Shown here piece by piece: positions 47,555 through 56,254 of a stretch of 64,000 nucleotides of DNA. This stretch comes from an uncultured Actinomycetota bacterium (GTDB taxonomy: Bacteria; Actinomycetota; Actinomycetes; JBEVHX01): the NCBI GenBank assembly GCA_963836025.1, contig CAWIIE010000009.1, positions 64,378 to 128,377 of the forward strand, given 5' to 3'. The stretch's first letter is position 1. Each line of letters starts with the position of its first letter. The position numbers were made by a program, and so were the translations under genes. The notes beneath the pieces were generated by a model. It had not been told where the DNA came from. It ran no database searches and saw only the letters and a program-made list of their open reading frames with translations.

Positions 47555-48139
47555 TCAGAAGGCGTCGTGACCGGGAGGTGTGGCGTCCTCGTCAAGTCCG
47601 ACTCGCCGCGCCTGGATCGCCGGATCCTGTTCCAGCTGGTCGATCAGGACCTCCGACCCACCGACGCAGGTCCAGGTGTCGTCCCACAGCGCCGAGACCA
47701 GCCAGGACCGGTCCGCCGGAAAGAACAGGTCCGGCAGCCTGGCGTACTGCGACCGAATGTCCCCGATCCGCCAGCTCAGGGCTTGCTCGATGCCGGCCTC
47801 GACCAGTACGTACGGCCAGTCTGAGTACAGGCTCACCCTCGGGGCCTGTGGGAAGACCACGTCGTGGGCTCCGGTTTCCAGGTAGCCCAGCCACCACGGC
47901 TGCTGACCCGACACGCCGACCAGCTGGTCCACCACGGCCTGCTCCAGGCGCGCCACCGACCACGCCTGGTCCTCCTCCAGGTGGGCGATCGCATACGTGT
48001 CGAAGAAGGTCGCATATGCATCGAAGACCGGCGGGATCGCCGCGTTGATCGTCCGTCCAACGCTCGTCGCACATGCGATCCAGTCGACGTCTGCAGCCGT
48101 CCCGATCCGCCAGAACCCACCGTCCTTGGCGACCTGCAT
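47555..48139 (-). CDS. Hypothetical protein (194 aa), Trp-rich, no family recognised
   Basis: Intact ORF with protein-like composition: ...QQPWWLGYLETGAHDVVFPQAPRVSLYSDWPYVLVEAG...LFFPADRSWLVSALWDDTWTCVGGSEVLIDQL. Confidence 0.6.
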   Translation of the reverse strand: MQVAKDGGFWRIGTAADVDWIACATSVGRTINAAIPPVFDAYATFFDTYAIAHLEEDQAWSVARLEQAVVDQLVGVSGQQPWWLGYLETGAHDVVFPQAPRVSLYSDWPYVLVEAGIEQALSWRIGDIRSQYARLPDLFFPADRSWLVSALWDDTWTCVGGSEVLIDQLEQDPAIQARRVGLDEDATPPGHDAF

Positions 48140-48249
48140 CCAGCCATCAAACCCAGGAACGACATCGAGATCAGCACCGGTGGAAGCGCAGCACCAGCAG
48201 GCGCGGGACGCCGCCCGGGAACGTCGGAGGGCCCGCCTACGCTCGCGGC

Positions 48250-49420
48250 ATGGGCGGGGTCCATGAACTCAGCCGCAGCGACGCGCGCCGAATCGCGGTA
48301 CGCGCTCAGCTGCTCACGAAGGATCGGCCGACCGGTCTGCTCGAGACGGTCCGGCGGCTCTCTCTGTTGCAGCTCGAGCCAACCAGTGCGATCGCCCCGA
48401 GTGCCGACCTGGTGATGTGGAGCCGGCTGGGGACGGCGTACTCCCGGCAGGAGCTGCGGGACGCCATCGACGAGCAGGCGCTGATCGAGCTGCGCGGGAC
48501 ACTGCGGCCTGCCGAGGACATCGCGCTGCATCGGGCCGAGATGGCCGAGTGGCCGGGTACCGGGGAACTACGTGACTGGCAGGAGTATCGGCGTGCCTGG
48601 GTCAAGGCCAACGATGCCTGTCGGCGCGACATCCTGGATCGGCTGCGCACCGACGGGCCGTTGCCCTCAAGCGAGCTGCCCGACACCTGTGTGAAGCCGT
48701 GGACCTCAACCGGCTGGAACCACCACCGCAACGTCACTGATGATGCTCGACTTCCTGGTGCAGCGCGGCGAGGTCGCGGTCGCCGGCCGGAACGGGCGCG
48801 ACCGGCTGTGGGACCTCGCGTCCCGCGTGTACCCCGACGACCCGTCCATCTCCTCGGCGGAGTCGCGCCGGCTGCGCGATGAGCGCCGGCTGAGCGCGCT
48901 CGGCATCGCGCGCTCGCGTGGCCCGGAGATGTCCAGTCGAGCCGCTGGACGTTGGCGAGGCAGGGGAGCCGGCCGTGGTCGAGGGGGTACGCGGCCAGTG
49001 GCGAGTCGATCCGTCGCTGCTCGGCCAGCCCTTCGCCGGCCGGGCGGCGCTGCTGTCGCCGTTCGACCGGCTGCTCGCACGACCGAAAGCGCATGACCGA
49101 GGTCTTCGAGTTCGACTACGCCCTCGAGATGTACAAGCCCGTCGAGTAGTCGTCGCTGGGGGTACTACGCCCTCCCGATCCTGTACGGCGACCGGCTCGT
49201 CGGGAAGCTCGACGCCAAGGCCGACCACAAGGCCGGTGAGTTGCGCGTCAATGCGGTCCACCGGGACGTTTCCTTTAGTACGGCCATGACGGCCGCCGTC
49301 GACCGGGAGATCAAAGACCTGGCTCGCTGGCTTCACCTGGACATCACCCGGCCACGCCCCGCCCAGTCGGGGCCGCCTTCCAAAACGATTCGACGCGCCG
49401 GCTCCAGCCGGACACCATGA
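48250..49420 (+). pseudogene. Winged-helix YcaQ/DUF1006-family protein (interstrand-crosslink repair glycosylase family), at least 4 frameshifts
   Basis: ATG 48250: MGGVHELSRSDARRIAVRAQLL...SLLQLEPTSAIAPSADLVMWSRLG. The rest continues through ORFs 48740..49096 (MMLDFLVQRGEVAVAGRNGRDRLWDLA), 48918..49289 and 48952..49149 (HDRKRMTEVFEFDYALEMYKP). The final frame reads RRWGYYALPILYGDRLVGKLDAKAD to TGA at 49418-49420. Confidence 0.72.
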
Positions 49421-49803
49421 GCGGCGTGAATCCCGAAACTGTCAAGGCGATGCTCGTGCGGCACTGGGAGTACGCCGCAAGCGATCAAGACATCGCTCAT
49501 GAGATTTACCATGACGACGCCGTTCTCGAGTTTCCGCAGTCCGGCGAACGCTTCGTCGGAGTCGAGAACTTCCGCGAATGGAGGCGCAAGTACCCGGCGT
49601 CCCTGGCCTTCGAGATCCGGGAAATCCGCGGTCGCGACGATTTCTGGGTGGCCGAGAACTTGATCAGCTACGACCAGGGTCCGTGGAACTTTACGGTCAA
49701 CATCCTCGAGTTCCGGGGGAACAAAGTCGCCCGCGAATCGATCTACATCAGCGAGGGCTGGGAGGCGCCAGAGTGGCGGGCGCAATGGAGAGCCGCGCCG
49801 TAG
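49417..49803 (+). CDS. NTF2-like / SnoaL-like fold protein
   Basis: Intact 128-aa ORF with an ATGA overlap onto the upstream stop. Sequence: IAHEIYHDDAVLEFPQSGERFVGVENFREWRRKYP...WVAENLISYDQGPWNFTVNILEFRGNKVARESIY. Confidence 0.7.
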   Translation: MSGVNPETVKAMLVRHWEYAASDQDIAHEIYHDDAVLEFPQSGERFVGVENFREWRRKYPASLAFEIREIRGRDDFWVAENLISYDQGPWNFTVNILEFRGNKVARESIYISEGWEAPEWRAQWRAAP

Positions 49804-49819
49804 CTGACCTGGGGGTTTG

Positions 49820-49892
49820 CTCCCGCGAGTGGACTCGAACCACCAACCTGCCGGTTAACAGCCGGACGCTCTGCCAATTGAGCTACGCGGGA
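49820..49892 (-). tRNA. tRNA-Asn (anticodon GTT)
   Basis: The reverse complement is TCCCGCGTAGCTCAATTGGCAGAGCGTCCGGCTGTTAACCGGCAGGTTGGTGGTTCGAGTCCACTCGCGGGAG. The anticodon loop is CTGTTAA. Confidence 0.95.
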
Positions 49893-50000
49893 TGAGTCCC
49901 GGGAACGAGCCTCCGGAACAGCGACGATGAGGGTACCAGCGACGCAATCTCCGTTCGAAATCGCGCGTCTGTGATCGATTTCGCACGGAGATCCGCGTGA

Positions 50001-50411
50001 TCACTGCACCATCGCCTTGAACCGCGCGACCTGTTCGTCCGCGGCGGCCTGAAGTGCCGGGTCGCGCGGGTCCAGGCCGGGGTCGAACGTGACGGTCCAG
50101 GTCACCGCGTCCGAGCCGGGTGATCGACGGCCAGAGATCCGGGCGCCTTTGCGGCCTACCAGCGCGACGTGCTCGCTGATCACGATGCTCGCCTGCACCC
50201 GCTCGCGCACCGTCTCCGGCAGCGCGCTCTCGTCGTCGAGCCGGATCACGTGCGTCCGGCCGGGGCCGTCGGGTCCCCCGGTCTCGCGCACGTTGAGCAC
50301 GCCCTCGTCCCAGGTCGCGACCGCCACCTGCTCCCATGGGATGCCCCGCACGCCATCCAGGTCAGGGACGAGCAGCCGCCGGTCGGTCGCGACCGCATAC
50401 GAACCGTCCAA
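50001..50411 (-). CDS. Conserved hypothetical protein downstream of dnaG. The N-terminus probably extends to ~50480 in another frame.
   Basis: ORF 50001..50411: DGSYAVATDRRLLVPDLDGVRGIPWEQVAVATWDEGVLNVRETG... The plausible upstream segment WPGIDLLADERPLSAARL is out of frame with it. Confidence 0.5.
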   Translation of the reverse strand: MDGSYAVATDRRLLVPDLDGVRGIPWEQVAVATWDEGVLNVRETGGPDGPGRTHVIRLDDESALPETVRERVQASIVISEHVALVGRKGARISGRRSPGSDAVTWTVTFDPGLDPRDPALQAAADEQVARFKAMVQ

Positions 50412-50508
50412 TCAGCCGGGCCGCCGACAATGGGCGCTCGTCTGCGAGCAGGTCGATGCCCGGCCAGCGCCGCCGGCGCAACCGACCGACCGAGCCGGCG
50501 TCGGGCCA

Positions 50509-52392
50509 CTAGTCCCCGCCAGCGACTCGCGTCAGCAGCGCGCGTCGCTCCTGCTCCAGCTGCACCAGCTCGGTCAGCAGGGCGCTGGACGCGGCCGCGT
50601 CGTCCGGGTCCGAGCGCTGCAGTCGCGACTTCGCGTCGGCGATGCGCCGGCCGACGATGCGCTCCGACATGCGCGCGACGTACTCATCGGCATAGCGCTG
50701 GTCAGGCTCGCCGTCGCAGCAGCACCTGCTCGACCGCGAGCTCCGGCACCAGCGCTGCCACCACGTCGTCCGTCGCGACGCCGTGCACGGTCGTGACCCA
50801 GTCCGCGCCCGACCGGCCGACGCCGGTCCCACCGGCCGCGGTGATCGCTGTCGCGAGCAGCCGGTATGCGGGATGCAGGTAGGCCGCCGGGTCGAGGTCG
50901 TCGAAGCCCGCCGCCGAAACCAGCGCAGGTTGCTGCAACGCAAGCTTGAGCAGCTCGCGCTCCACCGCGAGGTTGCGGTCCCGGGGATCGGGTCGGGGCA
51001 CAGCCGCGACGGCGGGCGCCGGAGCCGAGTCAGCCGGAGCCACCGACCGGGCCGACGCCGGCGCCCGCTCAGCCGCGGCACACCGCCTGCTGGACCGGCG
51101 CGAGGTCCATGCCAAGCCATCCCGAAAGCGCACGGACGTACTCCGGGCGCAGCGTGCGGTCCTTGATCCGGGCGACGATCGGCGCCACCGCGCGCAACGC
51201 CGCAACCCGGCCCTCCGGGCGGTCGAGGTCGTGCTCACGCAGCGCCGACTCGAGCACGAAGCGGAGCAGCGGCCGGCGGGTGTCGATCAAGGCGCGGACC
51301 GCCTCGTCGCCCTTGGCTATCCGCAGCTCGCAGGGATCCATCCCGTTCGGCTCGATCGCGACGAACGTCTGCGCGGCCAGCCGCTGGTCCTGTTCGAAGG
51401 ACCGCAGCGCCGCCTTCTGCCCGGCGGCGTCGCCGTCGAAGGTGAACACGACCGAGCCGTTCAACCCGTCGTCCAGCAGCAGCCGACGCAGCACCTTGAC
51501 GTGCTCCGCACCGAACGCAGTGCCGCAGGTGGCGACCGCGGTCTCGACGCCGGCGAGGTGGCAGGCCATCACGTCGGTGTAGCCCTCGACGACGACGGCG
51601 CGCTGCTCCTTCGCGATGGCCCGCTTGGCCAGCTCGATCGCATACAGCGCTTGGCTCTTCTTGTAGACCAGCGTCTCTGGGGTGTTGAGGTACTTCGGTC
51701 CGTCGTCGGTGTCGTAGAGCTTGCGCGCACCGAACCCGACGGTGTCGCCGGCGACGTCGCGGATCGGCCAGACCAGCCGGCCGCGGAAGCGGTCATACAG
51801 GTCGCGGGGCCCGCGGATCGCCAGCCCCGCGGCGGACAGCTCGTCGTCGCTGAACCCGGCGGCGCGCAGGTGCCGCACCAGGGTGTCCCACGCCTGCGGC
51901 GCATAGCCGACCGAGAAATGTGCCGCGGCGCTCGCGTCGAAGCCACGGTCGGTGAGGAAGCGCCGACCGGTCTCGCCCTCCAGCGACGAGAGCTGCTCCA
52001 CGTAGTAGGCCTCCGCGGCCGCGTTGGCCGCCAGGATGCGGGCCCGCTGGCCGCGCTCGGCCCCGCGGCCCCCCGAGGCGTCTGACTCCTCGTAGCGCAG
52101 CTGGATGCCGGCCTTGTCGGCCAGCCTTTCGACCGCCTCGGTGAAGGTGAGGTGGTCGATCTGCATGACGAAACCGATCGTGTCGCCCCCGACCTGGCAG
52201 CCGAAGCAGTGAAAGACCCCCTTCGAGGGCGACACCGTGAACGACGGTGACTTCTCGTCGTGGAACGGGCAGAGCCCCTTCAGCGACCCGCCACCGGCCG
52301 GCCTGCAGCTGGAGGTACTCACCCACCACGTCCGCGATGTTGACCCGCTCGCGCACGGCGGCGATGTCCTCGTCGCGGATCCGTCCAGCCAC
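50509..52392 (-). pseudogene. dnaG: DNA primase, at least 3 frameshifts (~52300, ~51075, ~50715)
   Basis: GTG 52392: VAGRIRDEDIAAVRERVNIADVVGEYLQLQ. The zinc finger and TOPRIM lie in ORF 51069..52517 (GGGSLKGLCPFHDEKSPSFTVSPSKGVFHCFGCQVGGD...VVVEGYTDVMACHLAG...FDGDAAGQKAA). The C-terminal domain is split between ORFs 50702..51238 and 50509..51120. Confidence 0.9.
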
Positions 52393-52420
52393 GCCCGGAG
52401 TCTAGAGAGCCGGTTGCTCG

Positions 52421-52551
52421 GCGCCACGTCGAGCTGGGCGCCACGTCGAGCTGTCAGACAACGCGCCACGGGTGACGCGGAACGTCGACACGTCGATGCG
52501 CGAGCCGAGTGTCGCATCGCGCCACGGGTGACGCGGAACGTATGACAGCTC
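52421..52551. repeat. PAL-2 repeat locus B: a 17-nt tandem duplication followed by two PAL-2 cores enclosed by a 9-bp outer inverted repeat
   Basis: GCGCCACGTCGAGCTGG occurs twice (52421-52454). The cores are GTCAGACAACGCGCCACGGGTGACGCGGAACGTCGAC (52453-52489) and GTCGCATCGCGCCACGGGTGACGCGGAACGTATGAC (52511-52546). The outer arms are GAGCTGTCA (52448-52456) and TGACAGCTC (52543-52551). The reverse complement matches the array at 24775-24918 over TGTCATACGTTCCGCGTCACCCGTG-CGCG. Confidence 0.88.
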
Positions 52552-52563
52552 GGCTGAACCCGG

Positions 52564-53772
52564 CTAGATCTCCGACAGTGGCACGTCGGGGTCGGTCAGC
52601 CGCGTGACGTCGACCGGTCGACGCGAGCGAACCAGCGCCTGAATGTCGTCGGTGACGTCCCACACGTTGACGTTCATCCCGGCCTGCACGAGCCCCCCGC
52701 TCAGCCAGAAGGCGATGAACTCCCCCGACCCGACATCACCCCGGTAGACGACGCTGTCGTAGGAGTCCGGCGTGACCAGACCACTGAACTCCATGCCGAG
52801 GTCGTACTGGTCGGAGAAGAAGTACGGCACTCGGTCGTAGACCACCTCCTGGCCGGCCATGGCGCGGCCGGCCGCGGCTCCGCCGTTGAGGGCGTTGGCC
52901 CAGTGGTCGACCCGGATCCGCTTGCCGTACAACGGGTGCAGCCACTCGGCGACATCGCCCGCGACCCACACCGCCGGGTGCGACGTGCGCAGCGAGGCAT
53001 CCGCCAGGATGCCGTGGTCGACGTCGATGCCGGCCTGCCGGGCCAGCTCGACCCGCGGCTGGATCCCGACGCCGACGACCACGGTGTCCGCGGGGTGCCG
53101 GCCATCCGCCGTGTCAACCACGACGCCGCCATCGATCTGCTGCACCCCGGTGCCGGTGAGCAGGGTGACCCCGTGCGCTCGGTGCAACCGAGCGAAGTGC
53201 TCGCCCAGCTCGGGACCCAGCGGCCCGTACAGCGGGGTGGGCTGCGGTTCGATCACGGTCACCTCGTTGCCATAGATGCGGGCGGCGGCGGCCACCTCGA
53301 GGCCGATCCAGCCACCGCCGACGACGACCACCCGGTGGCCGCCGGTCTCGATCGCCGTCTTCAGGGTGCGCGCGTGCTCGATGGTGCGCAGATAGAGCAG
53401 GTCAGCAGCGTCCGCACCCGGGACCTCGAGCCGGCGCGGCGCCGAGCCGGTCGCCAGCAGCACCTTGTCGAAGCGCAGCTCCCGGCCGTCGGCCAGCTGC
53501 AGGGTCTGCGCCGACGGGTCGAGCACCTCGGCCGCTGCCCCCAGCTCGAGCTGCACGTCGTGGTCCGCATACCACTGCTCGGGCAAGGCGCGGGCGTCCT
53601 CGACCGGCTTCTTGCCGAGCAGGAACTCCTTGGACAACGGAGGACGCTCGTACGGCAGCTCGGTCTCCGCCGACACGAGCACCAGCTCGCCGTCGTAGCC
53701 CTCGGTGCGCAGCGCCTCGACCGCCTTGGCCGCGGCTAGTCCGCCGCCGACGACCACATACGAGTCAGTCAT
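52564..53772 (-). CDS. FAD/NAD(P)-dependent ferredoxin-reductase-type oxidoreductase
   Basis: Intact 402-aa ORF: YVVVGGGLAAAKAVEALR...YERPPLSKEFL...VVVVGGGWIGLEVAAAA...VWVAGDVA...RVDHWANA. Confidence 0.88.
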   Translation of the reverse strand: MTDSYVVVGGGLAAAKAVEALRTEGYDGELVLVSAETELPYERPPLSKEFLLGKKPVEDARALPEQWYADHDVQLELGAAAEVLDPSAQTLQLADGRELRFDKVLLATGSAPRRLEVPGADAADLLYLRTIEHARTLKTAIETGGHRVVVVGGGWIGLEVAAAARIYGNEVTVIEPQPTPLYGPLGPELGEHFARLHRAHGVTLLTGTGVQQIDGGVVVDTADGRHPADTVVVGVGIQPRVELARQAGIDVDHGILADASLRTSHPAVWVAGDVAEWLHPLYGKRIRVDHWANALNGGAAAGRAMAGQEVVYDRVPYFFSDQYDLGMEFSGLVTPDSYDSVVYRGDVGSGEFIAFWLSGGLVQAGMNVNVWDVTDDIQALVRSRRPVDVTRLTDPDVPLSEI

Positions 53773-54266
53773 CCGCCAACCTCCGCGTCATCAAGTAGTG
53801 CGGCCCGATCGGAGGGATGTCGAACTCCTCCCCCTCCGTGACGAATCCGTGCGCCTGCGTAGAACGGCACCGCCGGCGTACGTGCATTGGCCCAGATCAG
53901 AACGCCGCCGCGAGCCACCGCCTCGTCCACGCCGCGCGTGAGCGCCGCGGCACCGAACCCCTCCCCGCGGCGCGACGGCGCCGACGCCATCCCCCGAAGC
54001 CGCCACTGGTTGGGACCCGGGCGGGCCGGGTGCGGCTCGGACAGGAACGTCGCAACGCCGACGACGTCGTCGATGTCGTCGTACACGGCGACGTAGAACG
54101 CGCCCGGCTCGTCGACGAGATCCGCCTCCGACAGCATCTGTCCGGGACGAAGCACCTCGAGCTGCAGCGGACGGACTACTCGGCGCGGCACGATCTCGGC
54201 TCTGTACCTACGGTCGTGATCTCCTCGGCTCCGCTTCGCTGCGCCTGCGTCGCTCTCTCCGCTCAT
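53765..54266 (-). pseudogene. GNAT family N-acetyltransferase, frameshift near ~53870
   Basis: ATG 54266 forms an ATGA overlap with the dgt stop. Sequence: FYVAVYDDIDDVVGVATFL...WRLRGMASAPSRRGEGFGAAL...VLIWANARTPAVPFYAG. The natural end GFVTEGEEFDIPPIGPHYLMTRRLADD* is in the adjacent frame and overlaps the reductase ATG. Confidence 0.75.
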
Positions 54267-55537
54267 GACCGGCCCTCCACCAGTCGGCGATGCCACGCCC
54301 GCGCTGACGTGTCGGTCAACGACGCCACCTGGTCGAGGACGACGCGCAGCCGGGCCGCATCGTCCGCCGCCTCCAGATAGTCCTCGCGGAAGACTGGGTC
54401 GAGGGTCGCCGGCGCACCAACCCGCGCCGCTTCGACCAGCTCGTGCAGCACCTCGCGCTGCTCCGCATACCGACGCTCGTAGCCCTCGCGCCGCATCACG
54501 AACAGCAGCGCGACCGCCTTGAGCGCGTCGCACTCGCGTCGGATCGTCCGTGGCACCAACAGATCGGCGTCGAAGCGCGCAAGTGCCGCTCGGCCAGACG
54601 CCGTATGCGTCGCGCGCTCGACCTCGACGCAGAACCGGCCGATCAGCTGGCTGGTCAGGTTCTTCAACGCGGCCAAGGCCTTGAACGAGCCGTCGTATGC
54701 GGCCGGCCACCACGGCTGGGCCACCAGCCGCTGCAGCGCTGCCGTCACCTCCGATGGATCGGCCTCCGCCGCGTAATGCGCGACGGCGAGCGCCGCGACC
54801 TCATCCTGCACCGACCGGTCGGCGAGCGACTGGGGGTCGATGTGGGCGGCTTGGATGCCGTCCTCGACGTCGTGCACGGAGTACGCGACATCGTCAGCCC
54901 AGTCCATGACCTGCGCCTCGAGGCAGCGTCGACTTCCCGGCGCACCGTCGCGGAGCCAGCCGAAGACGGCGAGATCCGCCTCGTACACCCCGTACTTGCG
55001 GTTGTCGTCGGTACGAGTCCACGGGTACTTGGTCGCGGCATCCAGCGAGGCGCGGGTGAGGTTCAGCCCGACACTGCGACCGTCGGCGGCGGCCGTCTTC
55101 GCCTCCAGCCGGGTCAGCACGCGCAGGCTCTGCGCGTTGCCTTCGAAGCCTCCGCACGGACCGGCTACTTCGTCCAGCGCGTCCTCGCCGTTGTGCCCGA
55201 AGGGCGGGTGGCCGAGGTCGTGGGCGAGGCACGCCACCTCGACGACGTCCGGGTCGCACCCCAGACTTCCGGCCAGCTCGCGGCCGATCTGCGCGACCTC
55301 GAGGGTGTGCGTCAGCCGGGTCCGTGGGAAGTCGTTCTCCAGCGGCCCAACCACCTGCGTCTTGGCGGCCAACCGCCGCAGCGCAGCGCTGTGCAGGACT
55401 CGGGCTCGGTCACGCTGGAACGGCGTGCGTCCGCCGCGCTTCGGCGGTTCGGGCACCCAGCGGGCCCGCGCATGCTCGTCGTATGCGGCGACGCTCGGTG
55501 CCGCCTCGTCGTCCGCCCAGGCATGGGTCGAGGTCAT
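54263..55537 (-). CDS. dgt: dGTP triphosphohydrolase-like HD-domain protein
   Basis: Intact 424-aa ORF: [23 protein letters not shown]...[18 protein letters not shown]...[17 protein letters not shown]...[16 protein letters not shown]. Confidence 0.9.
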   Translation of the reverse strand: MTSTHAWADDEAAPSVAAYDEHARARWVPEPPKRGGRTPFQRDRARVLHSAALRRLAAKTQVVGPLENDFPRTRLTHTLEVAQIGRELAGSLGCDPDVVEVACLAHDLGHPPFGHNGEDALDEVAGPCGGFEGNAQSLRVLTRLEAKTAAADGRSVGLNLTRASLDAATKYPWTRTDDNRKYGVYEADLAVFGWLRDGAPGSRRCLEAQVMDWADDVAYSVHDVEDGIQAAHIDPQSLADRSVQDEVAALAVAHYAAEADPSEVTAALQRLVAQPWWPAAYDGSFKALAALKNLTSQLIGRFCVEVERATHTASGRAALARFDADLLVPRTIRRECDALKAVALLFVMRREGYERRYAEQREVLHELVEAARVGAPATLDPVFREDYLEAADDAARLRVVLDQVASLTDTSARAWHRRLVEGRS

Positions 55538-55564
55538 CGCACCCGACCCTAAAGGCCAACCGCG

Positions 55565-56218
55565 TCAGCCGGTGTCCGGTCCGGCGATGCGGTACCAGAG
55601 GAAGGCCGCGGTCTCGCGCGCGATGTAGCGCAGCTGGGTCTCCCGCTCCTGCACCACCGGCCCGATCCGGGTTGGCGAGCTCACCGCGTCCAGTCCAAGG
55701 TCGCTGGCCATCACGCGGGAGCGCTGTGCGTGCCACGGATCGCTCACCAGCACGACGCGGTCCAGGCCGTCGGCCAGCAGGCCGGGTGCGGCCGCCTCGA
55801 GGCTCTCGTACGTGGTGCTGCCGCTCTCGACGGCGACGATCGCCTCACCCGGCACGCCCTGGGCGATCAGCCAGTCCCGGCCAGCGGCCGCCTCGGTGAA
55901 GCGGTCGCCCGGTTGCTTCCCGCCAGTGGTGACGATCGTGTCCGCAACGCCGTCCTCGTACAGGTCCAGCGCATGCTGCAGTCGCGCCTCGAAGATCGCC
56001 GACGGGCGGCCGTCGTACTGACTCGCGCCCAGCACGAGCACGGCGTCCGCTGGACCGGCGTCGTCCTGACGGGCGACCCACCAGATGCGCGTAGCGGTGA
56101 GCAGCGGGACCAGCACCGCGACGCCAACCAGCAGCAGAAGCACGGCAACCAGGGCTCGGCGCAGCAGCCGCGGCCGGGCTGCACCCGCGGTGGCCGGCGG
56201 ATCCGAGACGGCGGTCAT
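55565..56218 (-). CDS. YdcF/ElyC (DUF218) family membrane-anchored protein
   Basis: Intact 217-aa ORF with an N-terminal TM segment. Sequence: DAVLVLGASQYDGRPSAIFEARLQHALDLYEDGVADTIVTTGG...VSDPWHAQR. Confidence 0.8.
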   Translation of the reverse strand: MTAVSDPPATAGAARPRLLRRALVAVLLLLVGVAVLVPLLTATRIWWVARQDDAGPADAVLVLGASQYDGRPSAIFEARLQHALDLYEDGVADTIVTTGGKQPGDRFTEAAAGRDWLIAQGVPGEAIVAVESGSTTYESLEAAAPGLLADGLDRVVLVSDPWHAQRSRVMASDLGLDAVSSPTRIGPVVQERETQLRYIARETAAFLWYRIAGPDTG

Positions 56219-56254
56219 GCCCCGATTGTCCCCGATCGACCGCCGATGGTCTGA

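Noticed and set aside
42858-49892. The segment bounded by tRNA-Met and tRNA-Asn considered as a genomic island.
   Set aside because: I found no integrase, recombinase or phage genes. I spotted no direct repeat of a tRNA 3' end. There is no obvious compositional shift. The content is ordinary actinobacterial accessory metabolism and regulation.
51069-51075. The in-frame TGA inside dnaG, and other internal stops, considered as selenocysteine or programmed recoding sites.
   Set aside because: The downstream homologous sequence resumes in a different frame rather than the same one. No SECIS-like hairpin or slippery heptamer is evident. The same pattern occurs in dozens of unrelated genes.
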